A stretch of DNA of 64,000 nt from an uncultured Verrucomicrobiae bacterium (GTDB lineage Bacteria > Verrucomicrobiota > Verrucomicrobiia > Limisphaerales > Palsa-1400). The translations under genes and the position numbers were made by a program. The DNA lies in assembly GCA_963764165.1 (NCBI GenBank), contig CAVXRD010000001.1, positions 544,001-608,000 of the forward strand. The letters run 5' to 3'. Shown piece after piece: positions 1 to 9,352 of this stretch; the first letter of the stretch is position 1, and each line of letters starts with the position of its first letter. The notes under the pieces are model-generated. The model searched no databases and was not told the DNA's origin. It saw nothing but the letters and a program-made list of their open reading frames with translations.

Positions 1-8
1 GCGCCACG

Positions 9-1340
9 GTGCAAATGGATCGCGAGGAGCGCGGGCCCATCGAATTCGAGTGGAGCGCGACGTCGGATAACGACGGGCGGTTCAGTTGGGATTCGGCGCC
101 GGAGGGCCCTCATCCCTATTTGTTCATGGCGGGCGGATATCATCCTCGCTCTGAGCCGAGCATCATGGCGGATGGAAAGGAGCAGGTCTTTGTCATGCGC
201 CGGGCATTGGATGGCGACCAAACGATCGTTGATGGCTTTGTCACGGACGCGGATACGAAGAAGCCGCTGACGGACTTCACCGTTTATGTGAAAAACTACA
301 GCGGGCGCGCCATTTCGCATTCGCGGCAGTCGTCCACCACCACGGACGGGCATTATTCGGTTGGGGTTCCGTCGATGTCTGGCGGTTACGTCGTCACCAT
401 TGGCGCGCCGGGTTACGCGGTGAAGGCGTCGCGGCTCAAGGACGTCGGCGACGGCGATCTGCGCATGGACTTTGCCATGAAGCCGGATCCCAGCGCGTCC
501 GGCCGCTTATACACGCTGGCGGGACAATTTGTTCTCAACGATTACAAGGGCAGCGTTACCTGGACAAATCAGGCGTTCACCCTTGCCAACGTCGTGCCGG
601 ATCCGCCTCTCAAGTCCGTGGATGAGGATGCAAGGCGTGAGGAATTGCAGGCTTTTTTGATGACCGATGAAGGGCGCGCCTGGCAGGATTCGCACCGCAC
701 TTATGACGTGGAGGTGGACGCCACTGGCGCATTCAAAGTCGATGAATTGCCGGAAGGCCCGTATCACCTTGATGCGAATCTTCGCGACGGCCCGGCCGGC
801 AAGAGCGAACCGATCGCCGGGCTATCGCTGGATCTTGATGTGCCAGGAAGCGCCCCGAAGACAAATGCAGTTGTTGACATTGGCACTATTCCGCTCGCTC
901 CGAAAAAAGTGCTCCACCTTGGCGACGCCGCGCCGCTTTTTGAAGTGAAGACCGTCGATGGGACACCGCTTCGCCTGGCGGATTACCGCGGCAAGGTTGT
1001 GCTGCTGGATTTCTGGGCCACCTGGTGCGGGCCGTGCGTGGCGGAGACTCCTTACTTGAAGGCGACTTACAAAAAATTCGGCGGCCTCGATCGTTTCGCC
1101 ATCATCGGCCTGAGCCTCGATAACGACCCGTCCGCGCCGAAGGCATTCGCGGCCAAAGAAGGCGTAAAGTGGATTCAAGGCTTTCTCGGCCAATGGTCGA
1201 AGTCTGATGTTGCGCCGAAATATGGCGTAGAAGGCATTCCAGCGATTTTTCTGATCGACGCGGATGGAAGAATTCTGGCCAAAGATTTGCGCGGCGAAGC
1301 CATCAAGGAAGCTGTCGGCGCAGCGCTGGGGAATGACTGA
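9..1340 (+). CDS. Carboxypeptidase-regulatory-like beta domains plus C-terminal TlpA/redoxin domain; probably 5'-truncated by the window edge
   Basis: C-terminal GKVVLLDFWATWCGPC...YGVEGIPAIFLID thioredoxin fold; the frame is open back to the window start. Confidence 0.85.
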   Translation: MQMDREERGPIEFEWSATSDNDGRFSWDSAPEGPHPYLFMAGGYHPRSEPSIMADGKEQVFVMRRALDGDQTIVDGFVTDADTKKPLTDFTVYVKNYSGRAISHSRQSSTTTDGHYSVGVPSMSGGYVVTIGAPGYAVKASRLKDVGDGDLRMDFAMKPDPSASGRLYTLAGQFVLNDYKGSVTWTNQAFTLANVVPDPPLKSVDEDARREELQAFLMTDEGRAWQDSHRTYDVEVDATGAFKVDELPEGPYHLDANLRDGPAGKSEPIAGLSLDLDVPGSAPKTNAVVDIGTIPLAPKKVLHLGDAAPLFEVKTVDGTPLRLADYRGKVVLLDFWATWCGPCVAETPYLKATYKKFGGLDRFAIIGLSLDNDPSAPKAFAAKEGVKWIQGFLGQWSKSDVAPKYGVEGIPAIFLIDADGRILAKDLRGEAIKEAVGAALGND

Positions 1341-1347
1341 TTCCGGA

Positions 1348-1506
1348 GGTAGAGACGTCTCGCCGAGAGGTCCGGGGACGTGGAATTTTGCGGGCGTTGA
1401 ATTCGCGCAGAGCTAGGCCGGCCAAGAAGCTTTAGCGCGGAGTCTTAAAAAAAACGCGCCGGGAAACTGGCACAGCTTCGGACGCCCCGGCGAGGCGTTC
1501 CGGCCT
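1348..1506. repeat. Degenerate REP doublet, family A (consensus GGTAGGGACGCCTCGCCGAGGCGTCC)
   Basis: GGTAGAGACGTCTCGCCGAGAGGTCC at 1348 and inverted partner GGACGCCCCGGCGAGGCGTTCC near 1480. Confidence 0.7.
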
Positions 1507-1556
1507 TTTTTCGAGGTGGATGCGGGGATAAAAAGCGTGTAGGATATTCGCATAGG

Positions 1557-3494
1557 ATGCGTCATTGCGAATTCATACAATCACTCATGATTGCGGCTGT
1601 GGCTCTCGGCGGCATTGTCGGTGTCGCGCAAGCGCAGCCATCTGGCTTGGGCGTCAAAAATCTCGAACCGGCCGGCGAACAAAAGCGTCTGGTCAAAGTG
1701 AACGTCGTCGGCGATGTGGTCGACGACGCCACCGGTGAGCCGCTGGTGGGATTTTACCTGACGCAAGGGGAGCTCGATCGCGATCACGTTCATTTTGACT
1801 GGACTGAAAAAACCCGGCAACTCCTGACGCGCGGCCATTTCGTGGTCGAGATGGTCAAAGGCAAAACGCCGCCCGCCGTCCTCGTCGAGGCGGACGGCTA
1901 TCTTCCGCAATGCTCAGGACCCGTTCGCTCGCTGGACGCAAAGATGACTTTTCGCATGAAAAAAGGAAGCGGCGCGCATGGCGTCCTGCTGACTTCGGAC
2001 GGAAAGCCGGCGGCTGGGCGCGCTGTTTTTCTTGCGCGGGACCGGGAGCGTGATTTGGTGGCGCTGGAAGGCGCATCTTTGGCGCCGTCTCCGGCGTCGG
2101 CGCGGGTCCGCAACACTTTAACCGACAAAGACGGCAATTTTTCCTTCCCTCCGGATTTGGATGATTACGCCGTGGTCGTTTCGGACGAGGCTGGTTTTGC
2201 GATGGTGAAAATTGAGGCGCTGTCAACAAACGCTGAAGTTCGCTTGCAGCCATGGGCGCGCATCGAGGGCACTCTCATGATCGGGGCGAAGGCCGCCGCG
2301 AATGAAACCATCCGGCTGGCCGACGCCTTCAATTCCTACGCTTGGCATCCGCGCCTTCTTCCCCCCTACTCCATCGTCACCGATGCCAGGACGGACGGCT
2401 CGGGCCATTTTGTTTTCCCGCGTGTTCCTCCGGTGGATGTGAAAGTGTTCTATTCGCCGAGTGTTCGCCACTCCGGCGAGTCGGTGAACGCCATCACGGA
2501 AATTACGAATATCACGCTGGCGCCAGGCGAAAGCCGCGCGGTAACGATCGGCGGCCAGGGCCGTCCTGTCATTGGCAAAATGGAACTGAAGAATTACCCA
2601 AAGCCGATTCACTGGGAGGAACAGGTATTCTGGATTGAGTCCGTCGCGCCAGAACCGCCGGGAATTCCCACCTTCGACGACGCCAACAGAGAATTTCGCG
2701 CCGCACGCAGCCAGTCGCGGACTCCGGACCAAATGGAAGCCGCTGAAGCGCGCTTTTTGAAGAAGCGCGAGCAAATTTCCCTCGCCCTGCGCGATTACTA
2801 TTCAACGCCGGCGGGGCGTCAATACTGGTTTTCCAAGCGCAGCTATCTCCTGCGCTTTTCGCCGGACGGCTCTTTCCGCATCGACGATGTCCCTGGCGGG
2901 AAATACGAGCTTACAGTGGATCTTCGCGAAACGGTGGCAATCAAGGACCAGATTCACACGCCGCTGATCGACCTGCACAAACAGGAAGTCGACGTCCCCG
3001 CCTCGCCGGAGGGCAGAAGCGATGCGCCGCTGGATCTGGGCACCATCCGGCTGGTCGCACAATTGCACCCCGGCCAGCGCGCGGAGGATTTTGCGGTCAC
3101 AAATTCCGACGGCAGGAAAATCACGCTGGCCGAATACAAGGGCAAATGTCTGCTGCTGAATTTCTGGGCCAGTTGGAACGCGGCGTCGATGCAGGCATTG
3201 CCGGACTTGAAGGAGGCATTTGTCAAATATGGCAAAGAGCCGCGCTTCGCGATGCTGGGCATGTGCCTCGACACCAACTTCAGCGCGGCGGCGACCTTCG
3301 CCGCAGCCAACCACCTGGATTGGCCGCAGGCGAATTTGGGCGCGTGGTCGTCCACGGACCTGCCGGACCGCTACGGCGTCGAGAAGCTTCCCACCACGGT
3401 GCTGATTGATCCCAATGGCTTCGTCATCGCCAGCGACCTCCAGGGCGGTTACATTGAAGCCGCCATCGACTCAGCCCTTAACGCCCATGAATAA
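1557..3494 (+). CDS. Secreted protein with carboxypeptidase-like domains and a C-terminal redoxin fold lacking CxxC
   Basis: Signal peptide; GKCLLLNFWASWNAAS replaces FWATWCGPC; YGVEKLPTTVLIDP retained. Confidence 0.8.
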   Translation: MRHCEFIQSLMIAAVALGGIVGVAQAQPSGLGVKNLEPAGEQKRLVKVNVVGDVVDDATGEPLVGFYLTQGELDRDHVHFDWTEKTRQLLTRGHFVVEMVKGKTPPAVLVEADGYLPQCSGPVRSLDAKMTFRMKKGSGAHGVLLTSDGKPAAGRAVFLARDRERDLVALEGASLAPSPASARVRNTLTDKDGNFSFPPDLDDYAVVVSDEAGFAMVKIEALSTNAEVRLQPWARIEGTLMIGAKAAANETIRLADAFNSYAWHPRLLPPYSIVTDARTDGSGHFVFPRVPPVDVKVFYSPSVRHSGESVNAITEITNITLAPGESRAVTIGGQGRPVIGKMELKNYPKPIHWEEQVFWIESVAPEPPGIPTFDDANREFRAARSQSRTPDQMEAAEARFLKKREQISLALRDYYSTPAGRQYWFSKRSYLLRFSPDGSFRIDDVPGGKYELTVDLRETVAIKDQIHTPLIDLHKQEVDVPASPEGRSDAPLDLGTIRLVAQLHPGQRAEDFAVTNSDGRKITLAEYKGKCLLLNFWASWNAASMQALPDLKEAFVKYGKEPRFAMLGMCLDTNFSAAATFAAANHLDWPQANLGAWSSTDLPDRYGVEKLPTTVLIDPNGFVIASDLQGGYIEAAIDSALNAHE

Positions 3495-4218
3495 ATGCGC
3501 ATTACGCTCGCTCGCGGCGGCACTCGCTTTCGCCGCAGCCTGGGCAAGCGCGCGCGACGCGCAGACGCTGGCGCTGATCGAGCAGACGTATCTTGAGGCC
3601 AAGGCGGAATACAAAACCAATTCGTTGAGCGACGCCGCGGATCGCAAATTCGCCAGCGCCTGTTTCGACAAGGCCGACAACGCGCCGGATGACAAGGTCA
3701 GAGAAGCATTCGCGCAGGAGGGAATCGATGCCTGCCAGGCCTGGCTGGCCCGCGATCCGAAGAAAGGCGCTGCGCATTATTACCTCGGCATGAACCTCGC
3801 GCAGCTGGCGCGAACGAAAACGCTCGGGGCGCTTTCCGTTGTCAAACAGATGGAAAAGGAATGGCTGGCCACGCTGAACCTGGATCCGAATTGCGACTAC
3901 GCCGGGGCGGATCGCAATTTGGGTTTGTTGTATCGCGACGCGCCCGGCTTTCCGTTGAGCGTTGGCAGCAAGAGCAAGGCGGAGGCGTGCTTGCGGCACG
4001 CGATTCAACTTTCTCCCGAGTATCCGGAAAATTGGCTTAACCTGATCGAAACCCATTTGAAGCACAAACCGTCCTCCGTGCCGGACGAATTCGCGAAATT
4101 GAAAGCTTTGCTGCCCGCCGCGCGCAGACAATTTTCCGGGCTCGAGTGGCAAAGTTCCTGGCAGGATTGGGATCCGCGCATAAAAAAGATCGAGAGCAAA
4201 TTGGCCGAGTCGCAGTGA
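3487..4218 (+). CDS. Secreted TPR-like helical repeat protein
   Basis: ATG at 3487 overlaps the end of the upstream gene; signal peptide; AHYYLG and AIQLSPEYPENWLNL TPR-like motifs. Confidence 0.7.
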   Translation: MNKCALRSLAAALAFAAAWASARDAQTLALIEQTYLEAKAEYKTNSLSDAADRKFASACFDKADNAPDDKVREAFAQEGIDACQAWLARDPKKGAAHYYLGMNLAQLARTKTLGALSVVKQMEKEWLATLNLDPNCDYAGADRNLGLLYRDAPGFPLSVGSKSKAEACLRHAIQLSPEYPENWLNLIETHLKHKPSSVPDEFAKLKALLPAARRQFSGLEWQSSWQDWDPRIKKIESKLAESQ

Positions 4219-4219
4219 A

Positions 4220-4320
4220 GGTAGGGACGCCTCGCCAAGGCGTCCGGTTGCGTGTGGATATGCTAATGGGGCGCGGCGTGAATAGCGCCTCACCCCGGAC
4301 GCCTCGGCGAGGCGCTACCT
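4220..4320. repeat. REP doublet, family A
   Basis: GGTAGGGACGCCTCGCCAAGGCGTCC ... GGACGCCTCGGCGAGGCGCTACC. Confidence 0.85.
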
Positions 4321-4365
4321 TACCTGCCGCTTGACGATTTCTGCACGCCGGATTTTACTTGTGCC

Positions 4366-4713
4366 ATGCGAATTGTTTTTGGCTCGATGTGCGCGATAGT
4401 TTTATTGGTGGGATGCAGGCATCCCGCTCCGAGTCTTCAGGTGAACACGCCGCCGCCCGTTTCGCCCAAAACGTATGTCACGCCACACCTCGGCATCTCG
4501 GGCAGGGTGGAAATGGTCAATGACCAGGGGCGATTTGTCGTGCTGAGTTTTCCGCTCGGAAAAGTGCCGCTGCCGGGACAGCATTGGAGCATCCGCCACG
4601 CCGGATTGAAGATCGGCCGTGTCAAAATCACAGGCCCGCAGCGGGACGTCGATACGGTCGCCGATATTGTGGAAGGCCAGGCCAACGTCGGCGACGAAGC
4701 GGCGCCGGAATAA
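4366..4713 (+). CDS. Hypothetical lipoprotein
   Basis: N-terminal hydrophobic stretch ending in the lipobox LVGC. Confidence 0.7.
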   Translation: MRIVFGSMCAIVLLVGCRHPAPSLQVNTPPPVSPKTYVTPHLGISGRVEMVNDQGRFVVLSFPLGKVPLPGQHWSIRHAGLKIGRVKITGPQRDVDTVADIVEGQANVGDEAAPE

Positions 4714-4714
4714 T

Positions 4715-6439
4715 CTAAATATCGCGCGCCGGGGCAGTCGTGGGCGAGCCATCGACGGCCGGCAATTCCAGCCAGAAGCGGCTGCCGACGCCCACTTTCG
4801 ATTCAACTCCGCAAGCCCCGCCCATTCGCTGCAAGGCGCGGTCAACAATCGCCAGGCCAATGCCGCTTCCCGGGTAGTTTGCCGCGCGGAGACCTCGCTC
4901 AAAAATCCCGAAGATTTTTCGCTGGGCCTCTGGCGCGATGCCGATGCCGTTATCCTCCACCATGATGCGCACTTTGGAGCCGCTGGCCGCCTCGGTCCAA
5001 ATGGCGACGCGCGGAGTGGCCTCTGGCGGGATGAATTTCAGGGCGTTGTCAACAAGATTGGTGATGCATTGCTGCAGCAGGGTTCGCTGCGCCACGACTC
5101 CAAGCAGCGGCCGCTTCACCTCGATGAACTGGGATTTGGCGTCGCACATCAGGAGCGCGTCTGAAACAACCCCGTCCAGGTCAACGGGCGCAAGATGGAT
5201 TTCCTCGCGCGAGACTCGGCTCAATTCCAAAATGTCGCGTGTCAGCACGTCCAGCCGCTGGCAGGCGTGATTGAGCCGGGTGACAATGTCCTGGGCGCGT
5301 TCGGGCAGCGCGCTGGAGTAATCCTCCCTCAGCGCCTGGCAGTAGCCAATCAAGGCCCGGATGGGAGCGCGCAAGTCGTGCGCAAGCGTGTGGGAAAAGG
5401 TCTCAAGTTCGCGGATGATTTCGCGGAGCTTGGCCGTGCGATCCTCGACTTGACGCTCAAGCTCGCGGGCGTGCTGGCTCAATTGAACCTGGGCCGCGTG
5501 CAGTTGCCCGGCGGTCGCCTCCTTGGCCATGGCCACCGCCAGGTACTGGCTGATGGTGGAGAGAAGTTCCATTTCATCGGGTGGCAGCAGGACCCGGGTG
5601 CGGGTGGCAAGACACAGCAATCCAACGCGGTCCGCGCCGCTGAAAATCGGGAGGATCGCGCACGCCTGGAACCCGAGAAGTTGATAGAGGACCGCGTTGC
5701 CCGTGCGATCCTCCTTCAGATGATTCAACGCACAGGAGGAATTCGCCGCCAGCAGTGCCTGGCCGACCGGGGAATCTGCCGCCAGGATGCCAAACTGGCT
5801 TTCCTCCTTGGGGCTAATGCCGCCTTTGGCCGCCAGCCGGTATGTGGCCGCCCCTGCCGGGCGCAGGTAGAACATGTAGGTGTCAAAATCAAACTCCCCG
5901 GCGATTTTGCAAAACAGGTCGCGGATGGAATTGCGCGGCGCGGTCGACTCCAGAAGGTGCGCCAGCGCCCAGGCCAGGATGTTGTCGCGCTGGTGGCGGC
6001 GGCGCAGCGCCAAAGACTGCGATTCGCGCTGGCTGACGTCGTCAATAACAATAATCGTCCCGACAATTTCGCCAGCGTGCTGGAGCGGAGCGATGCGGGC
6101 GGTTTGCTGCATCTGCTTGAACCCGCTGTCGCCGGGGGAAAGCGGCAGGTCGATCAGATAGCCATGAAGGGCGGTGGAGAGCACGCTGACCTGCCCTTCC
6201 AGCGCGCGGGAGAGCCGGCCCTCCATCCCCCTGGCCGAAAGCTCGGGAAAAAGTTGGAAAACATTGGCGCCGACCACAGCCGCCGCCGACTTGCCGCTAT
6301 GGACTTCCATCCAGCGGTTCCAGCTCTGGATGACAAATTCCCGATCCGTGGTGATCACACCATACGGAGCGGAATTGTCGATCCAGGCCAGCATGGCCGC
6401 TTCCCTTGTGTTCGGGCTGGCGGCGCTCTCTTGAGACAT
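4715..6439 (-). CDS. PAS-GAF sensor histidine kinase
   Basis: H-box FSHTLAHDLRAPIR, N-box NLVDNALKF, DNGIG and GSGIGL; start placed at MSQES. Confidence 0.9.
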   Translation of the reverse strand: MSQESAASPNTREAAMLAWIDNSAPYGVITTDREFVIQSWNRWMEVHSGKSAAAVVGANVFQLFPELSARGMEGRLSRALEGQVSVLSTALHGYLIDLPLSPGDSGFKQMQQTARIAPLQHAGEIVGTIIVIDDVSQRESQSLALRRRHQRDNILAWALAHLLESTAPRNSIRDLFCKIAGEFDFDTYMFYLRPAGAATYRLAAKGGISPKEESQFGILAADSPVGQALLAANSSCALNHLKEDRTGNAVLYQLLGFQACAILPIFSGADRVGLLCLATRTRVLLPPDEMELLSTISQYLAVAMAKEATAGQLHAAQVQLSQHARELERQVEDRTAKLREIIRELETFSHTLAHDLRAPIRALIGYCQALREDYSSALPERAQDIVTRLNHACQRLDVLTRDILELSRVSREEIHLAPVDLDGVVSDALLMCDAKSQFIEVKRPLLGVVAQRTLLQQCITNLVDNALKFIPPEATPRVAIWTEAASGSKVRIMVEDNGIGIAPEAQRKIFGIFERGLRAANYPGSGIGLAIVDRALQRMGGACGVESKVGVGSRFWLELPAVDGSPTTAPARDI

Positions 6440-6477
6440 AGGTTTCAGCTTTGCAGAGGGACTCCGGCTTTCGCAAA

Positions 6478-7092
6478 TCAGGAAAGCTGGCGTTCCTCCC
6501 ATTTCTTCAATTCAATCATTAACCGCTCCAGCGATGTCACACTCAAAATGACGACCAGATAGCCAGAGACATCGCTCGTCTTGAGATGAAAGCGCGTGTG
6601 AATCATCAAGGCGAACTGGAGTTCGCGCTGCTCGATGGTGATGGACTCAATGACGTGCTGCACGTGTTCGATATGCAAATCCGGCACCGCAAAAGTGACC
6701 TGCACTTGCAGCAAATTGCCGAAGATTCCCAAACAGGCGTTCAGGACAATGTTGCCAACTTCCGTGATGACCTCGCGGGCGGCGCCGTCCAGTTCTGTCG
6801 CCCCCGGGCGTTTTGTCAACAATTGGTTCAACAGGAGGGCGGCGGATTTGTCGAGCAGCAGAATGGCGTCGCCCGCGATCGGCCCGCCAAAAACCTGATG
6901 CACGCTGGCCACTTCACCAGCGACGACCCCTTGCAGCAGCGGCGTGATTTCGGCAATCGGATGAATCGCCACGTGCGGCACCTCCAGGCTGATCTGGTGG
7001 CCGGAGAGTTCGGACAGGACACCGGCGGCGCGGGCGTAACCGATGTTGATCAGTTCCGTCAGCGCGTCCTTCTGGCTGGCTGTTAAGTCCAC
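6478..7092 (-). CDS. cheC: Chemotaxis phosphatase CheC
   Basis: Two ExxN motifs (DALTELINIG, EVITEVGNIV); position in the che cluster. Confidence 0.85.
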   Translation of the reverse strand: MDLTASQKDALTELINIGYARAAGVLSELSGHQISLEVPHVAIHPIAEITPLLQGVVAGEVASVHQVFGGPIAGDAILLLDKSAALLLNQLLTKRPGATELDGAAREVITEVGNIVLNACLGIFGNLLQVQVTFAVPDLHIEHVQHVIESITIEQRELQFALMIHTRFHLKTSDVSGYLVVILSVTSLERLMIELKKWEERQLS

Positions 7093-7460
7093 GCCACCTC
7101 CCCGGCAAGGATTTTGTTCACGACGGAGATAAATTCCTCTTTGTTGAGCGGCTTGTTCAAAATGGCCGCCGCGCCCGATTCCTTGACTTGTTCGCGCGTC
7201 GATTTCTGAATGTCAGCCGTCACGATAATGACGGGAAGGGCCGGGTTGATCTGATGCAGTGTGGCCAGGACATCCTGCCCGCGCATGCCGTGCATCACCA
7301 TATCGAGGACGACTAAATCGTGCCGGTTGAGCGTGTAGCGCTCGAGGGCCGTGCTGCCGTTGTCCACATCTTCCACCGTGTGCCCGGCTTCTTCGAGCAT
7401 CTGACGCGTGAGCCGCCGTGCCAGGCCCGAATCATCCACGATCAATATTTTTGCGCTCAT
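7083..7460 (-). CDS. cheY: Single-domain response regulator, CheY-like
   Basis: ILIVDDS, LVVLDMVM, TA and KP motifs; 125 aa. Confidence 0.85.
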   Translation of the reverse strand: MSAKILIVDDSGLARRLTRQMLEEAGHTVEDVDNGSTALERYTLNRHDLVVLDMVMHGMRGQDVLATLHQINPALPVIIVTADIQKSTREQVKESGAAAILNKPLNKEEFISVVNKILAGEVAWT

Positions 7461-8491
7461 AAATGTCTGCTAATACTCTCGGCCATCGCGGTGAGCGGAT
7501 ACGCCCCGTCGCTCAGGCCCGACTCCGCTACCGCGCGGGGCATGCCGAACACAATGCAGGATTCCTCCGCCTCGGTCAAGACGATGCCTCCCCGGGATTT
7601 TACCCATGCCGCGCCTTCGCGGCCGTCGTCGCCCATGCCCGTCATGACAATCGCCAGCACCCGCGAGCCGAAACTTTCGGCGGCCGATTGAAACAGCACA
7701 TCCACCGACGGGCGATGCGGTTTGTTGCTGGGATTTAAAGTCAAATCCATCACCGGCGCGCCGTCCAGACCTTTTTTCAACCGGAGGTGCATTCCCGCCT
7801 TCGCAATGGCCACCGTGCCCGCTCGCAGAGGTTGGTTCTGAGACGCCTCAATGACGTTTAGCTTTGATATGGCGTTCAGCTTCTCGGCAAATAATGCGGT
7901 GTAACCTTCCGGCATGTGGAGCACCACCGCGACCGGAGCCGGAAAATCTTCCGGGAACTGCGGGATAAGATACCGCAGCGCCTGCGGGCCGCCCGTGGAA
8001 ATTCCCAGGACCACCACATCCACGCCGCTGGCCTGCCGGATGCACAATGGCGGCACGGCGGATTGGGCGAGCGGATGGATGGATCGCTTGGGCGCGCGCG
8101 CCGCTTCCTTCACCTTCTCCTTCAATTCCTCGCGCACTTTCCGCAAATCATCGCTCGCGCTGGCCGTCGGCTTTTGCACGAAATCGACCGCGCCGGCCTC
8201 AATCGCGGCGAGCGCGGGCGCGCAATCCTCGGGCGCGGAAGTCAGCATGAGAATCGGCACCGGGCAGACTTCCATTTGCCGGCGCACGAATTCCACGCCA
8301 TCCATGCGCGGCATGGTGAGGTCGCATGTGATGACATCCGGCTTCAGCGCCGCCGCCATCGCCAAGCCATCTTCCCCATCCCGCGCCGCGCCCACGACTT
8401 CGATGAACGGGCTGCCAGAAAGCATTTCCATGACGACCTTCCGCACGAACGCGGAATCGTCAATAATTAAAACTCGAACCAGAGCGGGCAT
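7457..8491 (-). CDS. cheB: Chemotaxis methylesterase CheB
   Basis: REC domain plus GISTGGP, VLHMP and MTGMGDDG. Confidence 0.95.
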   Translation of the reverse strand: MPALVRVLIIDDSAFVRKVVMEMLSGSPFIEVVGAARDGEDGLAMAAALKPDVITCDLTMPRMDGVEFVRRQMEVCPVPILMLTSAPEDCAPALAAIEAGAVDFVQKPTASASDDLRKVREELKEKVKEAARAPKRSIHPLAQSAVPPLCIRQASGVDVVVLGISTGGPQALRYLIPQFPEDFPAPVAVVLHMPEGYTALFAEKLNAISKLNVIEASQNQPLRAGTVAIAKAGMHLRLKKGLDGAPVMDLTLNPSNKPHRPSVDVLFQSAAESFGSRVLAIVMTGMGDDGREGAAWVKSRGGIVLTEAEESCIVFGMPRAVAESGLSDGAYPLTAMAESISRHL

Positions 8492-8503
8492 AACTCAAAA
8501 AAG

Positions 8504-9343
8504 CTAGATGCGGCGGTAAACGAAGACTTCCCCCATCTCGCACAATTCATACTCCACTGTCAGCCGCAACAGGGATTCCGCTGCTCCAACAAATAAATAA
8601 CCACCGGGCGCCATGCGGGCCGCAAATGAGGCCAGCGCCAGGCGAATGGAGTGGCGGGAAAAATAAATGAAAACGTTGCGGCAAAAGACGGCATGGGAGC
8701 GCGCCAGTGGCGCAATTTCGCTCGCCGCCATCAAATTTGCCTGCTGAAAAATCACGCGCCTCGTCACTTCCGGCGCAAGCTGCCAGCCGCCTTCCACAGC
8801 CTTGAAGTATTTATAACGGAGTTCCGGCGGCATCGAGCGAAAGGATTTCTCCCGGTAAACCGCCCTCTTGGCCATCTCCAGCGCGGCGATGCTGGCGTCG
8901 CTGGCATTTATCTCAATCGGATGGCCGCCCCACCCGGCCTCCATCAGGGCGATGGCGATGGTGTAGGGTTCCTCGCCGGACGCGCAGGCGGCGCACCACA
9001 CGCGCAGCGGAGCGCTGGTCTTCTGGAACCATGCCGGAACGATCTTCTTGACGAACACGTCGATCTGCCCAAATTCCCGCCAGAAATAAGTCTCCAAAAC
9101 GGACAGCGCGTCCATGACCCGCCCCCAATCCGCATTGCCGTTTTCGCGATATTTCAGCAGGTAATAGTAATCGAGAAATGAAGCGCAGCCGCGCTCCGCC
9201 GCCAGCGGGCGAATTTTGTCCAGGAGCACGTCGAAACGATCCGGCTCAAACAAAATGCCGGTGTTCTCGTGGACAAGCGAACTCAAAAGTTCGGCTGTCC
9301 CCGGCGGCGCGGACAGGGGCAAGTGCTCAATTTCCTCTCGCAT
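8504..9343 (-). CDS. cheR: Chemotaxis methyltransferase CheR
   Basis: ETYFWRE, WCAACASGEEPY, FCRNVFIYF. Confidence 0.95.
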   Translation of the reverse strand: MREEIEHLPLSAPPGTAELLSSLVHENTGILFEPDRFDVLLDKIRPLAAERGCASFLDYYYLLKYRENGNADWGRVMDALSVLETYFWREFGQIDVFVKKIVPAWFQKTSAPLRVWCAACASGEEPYTIAIALMEAGWGGHPIEINASDASIAALEMAKRAVYREKSFRSMPPELRYKYFKAVEGGWQLAPEVTRRVIFQQANLMAASEIAPLARSHAVFCRNVFIYFSRHSIRLALASFAARMAPGGYLFVGAAESLLRLTVEYELCEMGEVFVYRRI

Positions 9344-9352
9344 TGAATTTGG

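Noticed and set aside
5195..6562. Long antisense ORFs (also 9987-11036, 12504-13784, 44794-45771, 54058-55401, 60765-62000)
   Set aside because: They shadow well-supported opposite-strand genes in GC-rich DNA and carry no motifs.
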